A stretch of 64,000 nucleotides of DNA from Trichoplax adhaerens (lineage: Eukaryota; Animalia; Placozoa), in assembly GCF_000150275.1 (NCBI RefSeq), contig NW_002060943.1, positions 7,634,066-7,698,065 of the forward strand, written 5' to 3'. Both the position numbers and the translations under genes were made by a program. Positions 30,608 to 43,494 of this stretch are shown one piece after another. Position 1 is the stretch's first letter; each line of letters opens with the position of its first letter. The notes under the pieces were generated by a model. It ran no database searches and was not told where the DNA came from. It saw only the letters and a list, made by a program, of their open reading frames with translations.

Positions 30608-32334
30608 TTTTCATAGCCTAGCGAAATCCTTCATATATTAATTGTAATTTTTTTTACCCAAATTTGTTACTTTTCTCTCCTCTTACAACTGTCTTAGCAA
30701 GGAGTAACTGTGTTTCCTAAATCACAAAGAATCATGGTCGTAAACTCCTAGTAACTACTGCAATAACTCAATGCGTAGGCTAAATGTAGACTAAATTCTA
30801 TATCAGTAAAGCAAACTCAGTAGTGTTCAGTCGAAAGTTTATGGTTAATAACAACTGTATAGTTTTATGAGTGGTAGTACAAGCTATGGCCACAAATAAG
30901 AAAAACAAATATTGCAACATTTCTAACCTACATTGAGAGACAGGTTACGAAGAAAGAAAGGATTGCCTTTGAATTTTACTTTTCAATGCCGCTGTAGACG
31001 ATGTACTAGACTAGAATGAGACTTTTCCTATAGCCTTGCTACCCTAAGAGTAAAAGGCCAATGAATTTTCAGAGAAATTTATGAATGGTTGTTTCATGAG
31101 TATAGGACGCAGTGAATTCAATCTTATCTATTGGGCGTCAATCTTAGTCGAGTAGTTAGCCAATAGAAGTTCTAGCCTAAATGATTCGTGGTTTATTCGC
31201 ACGTAGTGCACTAGCAATGCGTCACCCTCCAACGTTGTTAATGACATCAACTCTTCAATGGCGTAAAACCAATTGGGGCTACTTTATAGTCTATTTGTAA
31301 TGTAATAAGGCTCTACGTTGAAATATTCTCTGTCTTTTTTATATCAAAGACAGAGAATTGCAGTGAATTAATGGCAATTGCTGTGATTTGATTTAAAGTC
31401 GATAGTCCCATTGCTCTGTTGAAGAAATGTCCATTACGTTATCTAGGTTAAATGTCCATTAATGGCTTATAACATCAGCCATAAAATATTGATACAAATA
31501 ACTTTCTATTTTTAGCGGCAGATTACTGAACTGGAGTATTCTGAACTCACCTCTATTTTTCATTGAGAACAATCTTCAATGTCAATTTTTATTCCTCTCA
31601 GTAATTTAAATAAGTTACACTACTTTGTGTTAGGCTATTACTGTTTGAGGATAATGCTTGTAGTTTTAAAATTCAACTTATAAAACCATTAGTATGCAAT
31701 GCTTTCTCAAACCACAGCATATCAAATTGTTATGAAATTGTATTCTTTAAATTATTTTAAATCCATTTCGATCTCTTCTCTGAATTAAGGACGTGCAAGA
31801 TTTTATTTTTCGTTACTTTACCGTGGCTAACAGTTTTTATGCCTATGACTAACTTGAGATTCTATTTTAGCTAGTTTACGAAATCGTTTATTTTATTAGA
31901 TTGCTACAATATTTACTGAATTGCTATAAACCCAACATGAATAATGATAATTAAAATGATTTTCTTATTATAAAATAGTGTACATAGTATTTGAGTGACT
32001 TTACTTTATTATTCTAATTATTCCTAACTATATAAAAGAGACATCAATTTAAAATCACTCTGTGGGTTAGACAATAAATTATTATGTTATCAGGCTGGCA
32101 ACTAACATCTATGCGCAGTACAATACTGTAGGTTTTACCGGACTCAACCCACTAATAGATTCCACAAATTCCGATTATTTCTTAATTAAGTGTAAATGAG
32201 CAAGGCGAAAAGTTTGCCTAACAGAGTATGCCATGTTCCTTACCAGCACTATTGCATAGATTAAATAGGTAACATCACATTCCAACTTTATTTAGATCTA
32301 CCGTATGTTATTTGCTGTGATTTCAGTTGGGAAC

Positions 32335-35236
32335 TTATAATTCCTCATGTTTGTGTCGCTGTTCTTTTCCCGTATTATCGCCTTCGTCTTCGAACATTGG
32401 CTCATCATTATCATCTTCCATTTCATCATCTATTTCTTCTTCATCGTCATCTGCCCCATCTCGGCCTTCCATTTCCTCCATATGTGCTTGTTTTTCTCTC
32501 TCTTCTTCAGCCAATCTTTCTTCTAATATTTTTTCCCATTCTATTTTGGGAGCAGGTTCTAAAGGACCTGCAGGGTCCTCCATATTTCTAGCAACTCCTT
32601 TAAGATTTTCAATCGGCATATTTAATACATCCTCTTTTGTGTAATAACCTTTACCTTCAGGATCAATAAATTTCCGAAATAATTCATCTGCTTCCATTTG
32701 CCAAGAATCAGATAGCTCTTTATACAACACCTTGCTAAATTCTTTAAAGGTTATACGCCTTTTTTCATTCTCACGAAATGGGTCAAGTAAGTTATTACGA
32801 ACAACCATAAGATTCTTATAGCCTAAGTCGATCGTTCGATCCCCTTCTTTATACGTCCAATGGATTGGTGCTTCACTCATTGGGGGTAAATGCTTTATAT
32901 CTAAGTCATCACAGCCACTTGAATTGAAGAAACTTGTAGGAGAAAACAGCGTCGTTACAGATATTGTTCTGTTATACGATCTTACTTGATGAATATAACC
33001 TAGGTGAGAGAAAAGGAGAGTTAACACAGCCGTATTCTCTTGGCGAAAAATGTATCTTTTGGTCTATTATCGACAATTTGTTTATAGTCAATATACCTCC
33101 TGGGATATAGATACAATCGCCCGCTCTTAATGTGGCGTATGTCCAGGGTACTCGCTTTAACATTGGACGCTTTTTCATATCTACTTTTCTGACGTTAAGA
33201 TTAGAGTATCCGGAACCAGATCCTGGATCCTATTAATAAATAATGTTGATCGATTAGTTTCCATGTATAAGATTTAGCTTAGGATTTACTGTACATTTAC
33301 AGATGAATTACTAATCTCAGGTAAAATCTTAGACTTTACATTTTGTTTGAAATAGAGATACTTGTAATATCGATGGTGAATCATCATGAAATCCTAAAAG
33401 GAATTAAAGATTGAATAATGAAATAGCGAAACAAGGACTCTTTTAATATTTTGGCTGGTATTTTCTTGCTTTACACATTACTCTTTTTACTACCTAATTC
33501 TAAATCCTATGGCCTATGATCTAGATTCTAACATATTTTACAAACAAGGCTGAAATTGGCAAATACAGTCTCAGAAATACTGTAATAACGCTATCGAAAA
33601 ATAACTTCAATACTGATATCAAATTTACAGATTACTTAAATTACCTTTCTTCCGTGGACTAAACAATGAATGTTATGATCAGCATCGAAATGAACTATGG
33701 AGTTTGTACCGCCAGAGCCAATCCATAAATTTGTCTCTTGCAGATAGGTTTTAAAAGTTCCACATAAAACGCTTGGAACAATCTAAAATTTAAATAGAGA
33801 GTATTTTTATCGCTATAAAGAAAAAACTATCAGCAGTGTAAACTGTAGTACACATTGTAACAAAAATTTCCTTAGTCTTTAATCAATGCTGAAAATGAAT
33901 CCAATAGCAAAATATAATATCATAGCAACCTAAAGTAGGTAGCCGTAGTAGATATTAAGCATACGGTACTCTATGCCGAACAAAACAGATTATCTTTATG
34001 ATAAAATTTTGTATATCGAAATATCGCTAGAATGTACTATGAGGTGAAAAGATCGATTACAACTGTATGGTATAATAACTAATCGATATTCCGCGTAAAT
34101 CTCTGTATAGTTTCTCGCATCAAGAGTGTCGTATAATTTTTTACGGTCCTATGATTATTAAATACTTAGAATATTTAAGGTAATTTTCAAGCTCGTATAC
34201 ATAAATGATAGGGGTGGCTGTACCACTAATACATTTGTCCACTTTTACAGCCTTAACCAATGGCTTAGATTGAAATATACAATATTGAGAATTATATCCA
34301 TCACTACGCGCTTTTTGTTTAGCACTTAAAAAGCATCTATACATTGATAAAACCCTATATATGTATCGTCCAACAGGTGTTATCCTGAAGAGAAGGCTGT
34401 GGATATGAATATGAGTATTACACACTGTAGCAATAGTACGGGTCAACTAGAAAATTTAAAGAACTACCAATTATTTATGATTGATTACGTTATGGCAATA
34501 AAATTTAGTAGCTGCTCCTCCCTTATAGCTTCGAGTGCGAAAACTACAATTAAAATTTCTTTATGTTGTATAGCATCGCGATATATAACTAAGTTAGAAG
34601 ATTGAGTCTTTGATCAGAAAAAAACAGCCGCATAGATCGATATGATATAGTAGAAAACCTTTAAAATGGCTTAAAAGACATCGTATTGCAGTCTTTAAAA
34701 CAATTTATTGCTGAGCAGCAATTTGTATATCATTCTAATTCTACAGTATTAGTTCGGTTCTTAAAACTATAGTACCGTACCTGAACTTCAGGTCTCATCG
34801 CATCTGGTAAAACTGTTACCACATAGATATCTTCTTTCCTATATTGCTTTAGAAATCCTTTTAATACCATTCTTCGTGGTGAATATGATCGATTCTCTAC
34901 TTTTCGCTCAACTAAAACATCCAAATCGCCATAATTTTTTAGTAAATAATCATCGGTCCATAACTTTATAGCGGGTGAACCAGTAATGGCGTTACGGTAA
35001 ACCAAAGGCAATTTGTCCTTAACATGATACTTCCAGAAATCAACTGGATGCAAAAATCGATCGACATATGGTCTTACTGGACCTTCGGGTGGTCTTTGAT
35101 GCCCGAGACTTTGTAAATGACCTGGCGGACTAGTTCGCCATGGACGATACGGTGGTGGAAAAACCGGACCATCATTTACCAACGTTCCATCGATAAAGCA
35201 AAATTTTAACAAGGCAAGAAAAATCAATAACTTCAT
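32335..35236 (-). CDS. ER-luminal JmjC (cupin-like) Fe(II)/2-oxoglutarate oxygenase, paralog A
   Basis: Exons 35236-34781, 33782-33645, 33393-33340, 33229-33097, 32999-32335. Signal peptide MKLLIFLALLKFCFIDG. PAIKLWTDDYL; NLWIGSGGTNSIVHFDADHNIHCLVHGRKDF (HxD motif plus 2OG-binding K); LRAGDCIYIPGGYIHQVRS (distal His). EF-like loop DPEGKGYYTKED, acidic tail, C-terminal KHEEL*. Confidence 0.9.
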
Positions 35237-37396
35237 AGTTGTTTCTTTCAATAATGGTAAAACCAAAGTGTTCGACCAAGAACTGAGTTTTTTTATACGC
35301 TAAAAATATTTATCTAATGAATTTAATCGTCAGTTATGGATACTAGTCGGAGCAGTATGATCAATTCAAAGTTTCTAGCGCAAGATGTCTTGATTATAGT
35401 GTAACTTCGAGTTACTCTATGTTGCTATCGCGGACAACCAACAACTAAGAATGACAACTCCTGTTGTAATTAGTGAGATTGATATGCGAATGAATCATGA
35501 AACTGTACATGCTATATAGTCGTGTTTGCTCAGCGATGTACGTTAAATGCTATAGTATAATTTTTGACCTATAAAAACCAGTCACGTACAAAAGTCGTCG
35601 CGACGTTTATGGCGTAACAATTATTACTTATTGTTTCAATTCTATTGTGAATATTCATTATAATTCGTAGTGGGCATTACTTTTTTTAACTGAAAACCTA
35701 TTAACTAATTCCTTATTGAATGTTAATTCTATCGAGAGATCGACATTTAAAACAATTATGCATCATATTCGTACATACGCGTATATTTGTGATATTAAGA
35801 GGGTGTAGATATCGGGCCCAAAATCGGCTACCTGGATTATACGTATTCAACGTGTTAAATCATTAGTATATTAGCATGGTTATAACTATCGTAAACTTCT
35901 AGGCTGTCTTTACTAAATCTTTAAATCAGTTCTCACTTGACGGTAGTCATCAAATTATGAATTTGTAGTAGCAGGCTATCTATGCAAAACTATAGATCAT
36001 ACTCAGCCTTCAACGATTATAGCAGATTGAAATTAATTTCATTTTAGAAGATCTCGATCCGACTATTTATGGATATGTTCAAGTAATAAAGAAGTTAATG
36101 ATTATATTATAGAAGCTAGCGATAATTCTTTGTGAATGAATGATAACAGTCAATATGGAACTTTAATATACTGATTGATAGAATTACCTATAATAGCTAA
36201 TATACCAATTTAATATGCCTTTTTATATACTACGCTCATAAATAGATTTTATTTAAAAGACAGATTTAAAGATGTTTAATTCATCTTGCATGCCTCCAGT
36301 AAGCATTATAAAGTACCAGTAAAATCTGCATTTAATGAGATTTTAAATTCAATCATCCTTCTAGAAGGTGATTTTTCGAAAGTTAAATGGATTGCATATA
36401 TCCATATCAGACTAAATTACCGAATAACAAACTTCGATAATTTTATAATTTAATAAAGGACATCTTAAAAGCATGCGTAGGAAAACTTGCCATGCATTTA
36501 GAGTAAATTGTTAATATTGTTATAACATAACCTGTACGAAACTTTAACCCTACTAGATTTTAGGTTACACAGTTTTAAAAGTGATTAAATGCCTGAATAT
36601 ACGGATTAATCCAAGGATGCAATATACTATATATCTAAGCACGAATGCTTTTTGAGTGATAGGGAATGCTGAAGTCTAGTAGAAAATTTTCAGCTATGAT
36701 ACAAAAATTTAAATAATAGGCTTATCATAATTTTTTGAGCTCGTGGTTTTCAATGATTTTCATTTGATTTTTCTTTATAGCTAATATTTTCTTCTATCGT
36801 ATCGCTGGAATAACTAGTACTTTAATATTTCTCGATCATTAACTCCTCTATTCATTGTTTGCTGTTTTATCACTTAGTATAAGGAAGAAACATTCATTTT
36901 TTTACAACGATGTGAGGAATAGTTTTATACTATTGTCATGGTAATAATTTTAATAGCACAATGTATATACAATTTGGAGATTTTTTGTATTTTATTCGCT
37001 AAAATTTAGAATAGCTCTTATAACAATAAAATATTTTAGGCACTGACTTATAATAATTGTTTACCCATTCTCGGACGTGACCAACTAGTCAAGTCAATTA
37101 TAAGAGACAATAAGTCAATATTGTATGGAAGTAAGAAAGTTGTATTAATAATTGTTCAAGGGGAATATACGATCATGGACTTTACTATCTAATTCTAAAT
37201 AATACCTTATTTCAAATGCTGTATAGTGAAACCTTGCTTAATATTATTCCTAGTTATCTAAGCACGTATACTCAATTCATTCTAAAAGAATATTGGCAAA
37301 AAATTTCTTTCGATAGTTTATAGGGAAGTCATCAACCTTTATCGGATTGTTTGATCTTGTTCCACTACAGAAAGTTTAACCGACTACAGATTAGTA
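35237..37396. promoter_or_regulatory. Divergent intergenic region and probable promoter(s) of the JmjC pair
   Basis: 2.16 kb between head-to-head ATGs. ACGTGAC faces each gene at a similar distance (35581-35587 on -, 37075-37081 on +). Confidence 0.45.
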
Positions 37397-40300
37397 ATGA
37401 AGTTACTGATCGTTCTTCTGTTATTAAAAATTTGTTCCATTAATACCGTACCATCGGATGGGCCACAATTTCCGCCTACATTTAGACCGTGGCGTACCAT
37501 ATCACCTGGCCATTTACAGAGTTTTGGCAATCAGAGATCACCTGATGGCCCAGTTCGACCTTATATAGATCGATATCTACATCCAGTAGATTTTTGGGAG
37601 TATCACGTTAAACATAAACTACCACTTGTATATCGTAATGCCATTAATCGTTCTCCGGCTATTAAGTTATGGGATGATGAATATTTACTTAAAAACTACG
37701 GTAACTTGGATGTTTTAGTAGAGAAAAAAGTAGAAAATAGATCTTATTCACCAAGAAGAATGGTACTTAAAGCATTTCTAAATCAATATAAGAAAGAAGA
37801 TATTTACGTTGTTACCGTTTTACCAGACGCGATGAGGCCTGAAGTTCAGGTACAAATGAAATTAAAATCTAAAGTAAATTGTAAGAGAAAATGAAGCCCA
37901 GATTTTTCAATTTGTTGTTGTCTGACAATGTTTGTTACATCGGCTCATTGATAGCTTAGTAAGAACACCATTAAGCTCTATATCCTTTCTGTACTTTTAT
38001 AAATTGAATGATCCCATCTAATAACTTCAAAAATTATAGCCCTTGAATAGCAACGGTACTGTCCGAATCACTCATAAACAATTCTGGAGGTCCAAAAATT
38101 GTTGGTGAGCTAATATAGTATGTTGAAGAAATAAAAGAGTGTAAGGACTTTCATTTCCAGCTACTATCATACTGAATGTCCTCTCTGGAAAATAAGTTTA
38201 CTTTAGTCTTTCGCTATAGGATGTATTCATCTTGCACACATAGAATTAACCACACTGTCAACCACTCTCTTCGCAGTCTAATATACAAACTAAGATATGA
38301 AATTATGGATAGGTCATTTCAGCTATATTTAATAGGGAAGATACATACGTACGTATGATAGTTTATAACTGCCAATTTATTATAGCTATAACTATACGAA
38401 AGTAAATTTAGAAACACTTGTTGAATATATTAATGTATAGCGATATCAGGTATCCTATAGTAACTCATACTAGCATGAGTTACTCTGATAAAAAACATAC
38501 TTTCTACTATCTCATTAAAATATCTGTACTTCTACAAAAGTATTATTTTACTGGCATAAGTAGTCATAGAGTATTAAAATGTAAAGGTTAAATGTGGTAT
38601 GATAAATATTTTAATCTTATACTATATTGAAAAACCCTTTCCTAAACCTGGCATTATCGACGTTTAAGTTAAGATAGAAGCAGATTCGGCTTTTTCATTT
38701 CTCATCTACTATAGAATACTGCGTGTTCCTGTCCGTATTATAACGCAATAGAAGGAATAATTCTGCTTCCCAATTAAATTTTACGCTAAATACAAATCTT
38801 GTAGAAAGAATACCTAGAAACGACCGAGATATGTTTTAATGATCGAGGGAATAGTTTATTATTGCCTCTCTATTTAGTAAAATTTCACCAGCACGATCGC
38901 AGAAGTCCTTTGAGTTAAAAGAAGTATTTTTTAGATCAGAGAAATTGTAATTTTAAAATAATTTCCCTACGATTCGTACTATTAAATAAAGATATGCTAA
39001 TTGAATTTCTTATAGATCGTTCCGAGTGTGTTATGCGGAACATTTAAAACCTATCTTCAAGAAACCAATTTATGGATTGGATCTGGTGGCACTAGCTCTA
39101 TTATCCACTTTGATGCGGATCATAATATTCATTGTATGGTGCATGGAAGAAAGGTATGCAGTACTAGAATAGCATAAATAGTATTAAATAAATAATGATA
39201 GAAAGACCTGTTACACTGAGAATACGTAGAACTAATAGTAGAACTTAATTTTAATCAGTAAGCACAGTATTCTTTGTAAAAAGTTCCGCGCTATTAAATT
39301 TAACAAAATTTGACGTTGTATCTTGAGAAATCTATCATCAAGTTACGTATCTATTTATTCATTTAACATCCATAAAATTCTGTATTAGCAATCAAATTAT
39401 GAAGCGTCATGTACGCGTATACTGTATAGAACAACTTTAAAGTCCTAAAAAGCATCATAAAAATCTCTTATACTAATCCAAATTACCTCTTTCTATATCT
39501 GATTTCATGTAGGATTTCATGATGATTCATCATAGATACTATAAGTATCTGTATTTTAATCAAAATGTAAGTAATAAGAAAACAGGATTCTATATTTTTA
39601 GTGTTAGAAGCGTTTACCGTCTACTATATTTATAATTTATAGCCGTAAGCGATCAGAAAATGATAAATTTTCTAGAAATAGACAAATGATATATCAAAGA
39701 AGTCTCAAATTAATTTCACCTTTAACTATAGCACTTAATGTACCTGTACCTACTAGCATTTTCTGCCGTATAATCCACACTAGAATTCAATTAATATCCA
39801 ATATGGACTAAAATACGATTAGTAGTCATCATCACTAAAAAAATTGTAGTAAAACGGTAACTAATCAATCACTTTAACTTATAAATCCATAAGATTGGTA
39901 TTACGTTGAGATTTATATTTCCAAGCTAAGGATAAAATTATGTGAAAAATTTTTTTATTTCATTTCAATTTGTTACAGTATATGATCGACAAGTATCAAA
40001 TTTCTGACTATGAATTAATAATTATCATTCTGTGATATCTTCTCTTATTAAAGTCGCCAGGATCAGGATCCGGCTATTCTAAAATCAACGTCAATAAAGT
40101 GGACATGAATTTATATCCTCTTCTAAAGCGAGTCCCGTGGACTTATGCTACGTTAAGAGCTGGCGATTGTATTTACATTCCAGGAGGTAATGCTAAGAAT
40201 GCATTTGCCGTATTCATGATTATAGTAGTCATAAACCTTATCCTAGAAATAGCAGGCTGTAAGATCTTCGCAAAATAGATACAATTAGACCAGAGGACCT

Positions 40301-41472
40301 CGACAAAGTGATTAAATAAAGGAGTCTGTATATCTGAATGTGATGCTGCCTTATAATAAGTAGATAATCAAAGTGAACTACTGTATCTTCTTTCACTTCA
40401 AATCGATCAGGTTATGACGACCTATAATCGATGCTATTTTACAACGCTCCATTTCTCTTCTTACTGACTGAATAGGGAATTGACCGACATTAATTATAAG
40501 ATGCTAATGAGAGTTGTATCAGTTTTATGTATTTCTAAATAATAAAAGAGCCTACAATTTATCTGTTATCTTATTCAGTCGCATTTCTAATCTCAGCAGT
40601 TTTATTGATTTGCGAGATTTCAAAAAAATAGTAACTGTAACTCTTTTATTTAACCATTGAACTCTATAGTTCAAATAAATGCAAATGCTTTTCTTCAAAA
40701 TACAGAATTTTTTCCTTTAATATTTAAGTATCTGTAATGTAGCTTCAATAATAATCTCACTTAGCAATTCTTGATCTCTCCTTTAGGATACATTCACCAA
40801 GTGAAATCATATAAGAGGAGCATTTCTGTTACTACTTTATTTTCTCCAACTAAAACATTTAATTCGAGCGGCTGTGAAAATTTAACTTTGAAGTATACAC
40901 CCATGAGTGAAGCACCTATCCACTGGACATACAAAGAAGGAGATCACACTATCGATTTAGGGTACCGCAACTTAGTAATAGTCAGAAAAGACATTTTAAA
41001 GTTATTTGGGTTAGTTGCAAAGGGAAAAGCAAAAATTACGAAAGAAATGTTCATGAAATATGGAGCTAGAGAACTTTGCGAAGACTGGCAAAGACCGCCA
41101 TTAGAAGTGTTTGAAAAGTATTTTGACCCTGATGGGAATGGTTACTTTACACAAGAGGATATTGAGCAATTACCTATTGCATCACTGAAAGAAATTGTCA
41201 GAGCTATAGAAAATCCAGCAGGACCTTTAAAGGCCGCTGAAAGAATAGATTGGAACCAAGTGTTAGCAGATAGACAAGCATTAGAAAAAATGGAAGAAGA
41301 AGAGCTAAGAAGAAGACAAGAAAGGGGTGAGGACGAGGACGAAGAGGACGAAGACGATGATCGACGAGAAGAGAGTGATGATGATAGTGAAGGAGAAGAC
41401 GATAATGATGGACAACGTGACCTTCAAAATGAATATGATAGAAAACAACAGCATAAACACGAAGAACTTTAA
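37397..41472 (+). CDS. ER-luminal JmjC (cupin-like) Fe(II)/2-oxoglutarate oxygenase, paralog B
   Basis: Exons 37397-37849, 39016-39153, 39513-39566, 40054-40186, 40787-41472, with intron positions identical to paralog A. Signal peptide MKLLIVLLLLKICSINT. SIIHFDADHNIHCMVHGRKDF; GDCIYIPGGYIHQVKS. EF-hand loop DPDGNGYFTQED, D/E-rich tail, KHEEL*. Confidence 0.9.
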
Positions 41473-43494
41473 ATTATTTTATTACCAATCATTATAATTG
41501 TTAACCATAATACCATGTATAAGTGATAAACTAGATTTTAATGAACATTGACAGGGTAAAAACTCGTATTTTTATGATTTATTTCTGTCTTTGTAATGAA
41601 TTATTTCATGAATCTGGTAATCCTACTACACAGTAATGAAAGCTTAATTAGGAAGCTCCTAATAATTTTTAGCCTAATCTTTAACTTTTGATTAATAACC
41701 TAGAATGTACATAATTTTGACCGTTAGGATTACATTCTACCGAAATGAGACTAAATGACATTAAAAGATCTAGTTAAAGCGTAAGCAATTGGTCATCCTT
41801 TATGATTCCAAAATTCTAATCTTTTCGTCAATTTCGACTAATACAAGTATGATGTTAATGCTATTACGCAACCATAATTAGCTTTAAAAAAAAATATTAA
41901 TGCAGCTATTCACGTATTCCAATAACTTAAGTGCAACGGTTTTTAATGACTTCTATTCCATAACCTTCTTTTATTAGGCAACTACAGCATTTCCAAGTAG
42001 TTGTTAAGTTAGCATCAGGATGGTGATAGTAAACTTATAATTGTGAAGAAACTTTGATTATAGTGAGCAAAATACTAAATCTTAAGTTACTATACGATTA
42101 ATGATCCAACATACATAAATATAAATTTATCAACAATTTCTTATTCTGCAATGAACAGGACTACATCAGTAGTGTTTCTTTCATTACCATATTAATATGT
42201 ATAGTATCTATATGCACATATACTCATCTACATTTTAAGGATTTGTCTTAGCAACTTTAAAATTACCTTTAGTATATCCTGGCTTGACGTTCAAATATTT
42301 TAAATTACAACACGATAAAAGATAGTTCATAGCATGCGACGAATTAAAAAATTAGATATAAGTTTCACTTTAATCTCGTCACGACGATTTTTTGATCATT
42401 TTACATTGCTGAATTAGTGACTGTGCCATCGTAACAGCTCATACTACATTAAGAAGTCGGATAATTGGACATGAATACGAGCTAGATATTTCGCTATTTC
42501 CATTTGATCAAGTTAAGATGATGAGCCAATGTCTCGTTACTTCATGGGGATTGAATGATTTAACTAAGGCATACGCATATCTCATACTATAATTTATTAA
42601 AATTAACATAAAACAAGCTATCAAAACTTGGAAGTCGATATATTATTTGCCTCCCGTATTACATAATATTAGTAACTGAAATAATTTCATAGATTCAAAA
42701 CATGTTATTGGATATAAGCCATTTTTACTATAGATTATCCTACTTATTACGGATTTAAATTGGCATAGTTGAAATGATTACTAAGTGTTCACTACTTGTA
42801 GTAAAAAATGATTAGAAAATTAAACTAAACTAATTGCTTGCATATATGCTATTTCAAGCACCAAGAAACAAACAATTATTACAATACATTTATATAGCTA
42901 CCATGACGTAATATATAATTAATATTAGGGAAAAGTAGATTAAATTAGTGTCATCATTAATCAATAGCTACATCATTATAACGTAGATATTAGTCATTTT
43001 CTGTAATTATAATTCTTGAATAGGCCTTCAATTATGAGAGCTAGTATAATATAATGGCTTCATAAAGAAATCCTATAGCATTAGTTTAATTGCTGTAGAC
43101 CTTCAACGATGGGCTATCTAAGTTGGCTATTTAATTATTAGATACACTGATAAGATCATTATCGATTTTAAGTTTATGGTATTTGAGTTGTATTGAAAGT
43201 CCTGAAAAAACGAGGCTACAAATTTATGGTAAACTGGCAGTATTTCTACTTTCTACTGAAAATTTGCAACATGAAATAAATCAACATTTTTATGTTAATA
43301 TCGATAGTCATCAGTATGTACTCGTAGGTGTACCTGATCAAAATATTAAATCGTAATACGAGTATTAGTATAGGTCTATAGTCTGAATTTAAATATATAT
43401 TGTCAAATTTTATCATAACGATATCGACACAATGTCAGATCATATACGAAATGATTTCTAGTTAGTACTAGATAATACAATCGAAATGACGATA

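Noticed and set aside
32327-32644. Ser-rich and His-rich plus-strand ORFs
   Set aside because: Antisense shadows of the acidic tail of JmjC paralog A.
34141-34605. 101-aa and 68-aa ORFs in JmjC-A intron 1 as a nested gene or transposon
   Set aside because: No domain similarity, no counterpart in paralog B, and no terminal repeats seen.
32335-41472. Calling the JmjC pair histone demethylases (KDM8/JMJD5) or JMJD8
   Set aside because: A signal peptide and HEEL are incompatible with nuclear function, and I cannot establish orthology to a named gene without a phylogeny.
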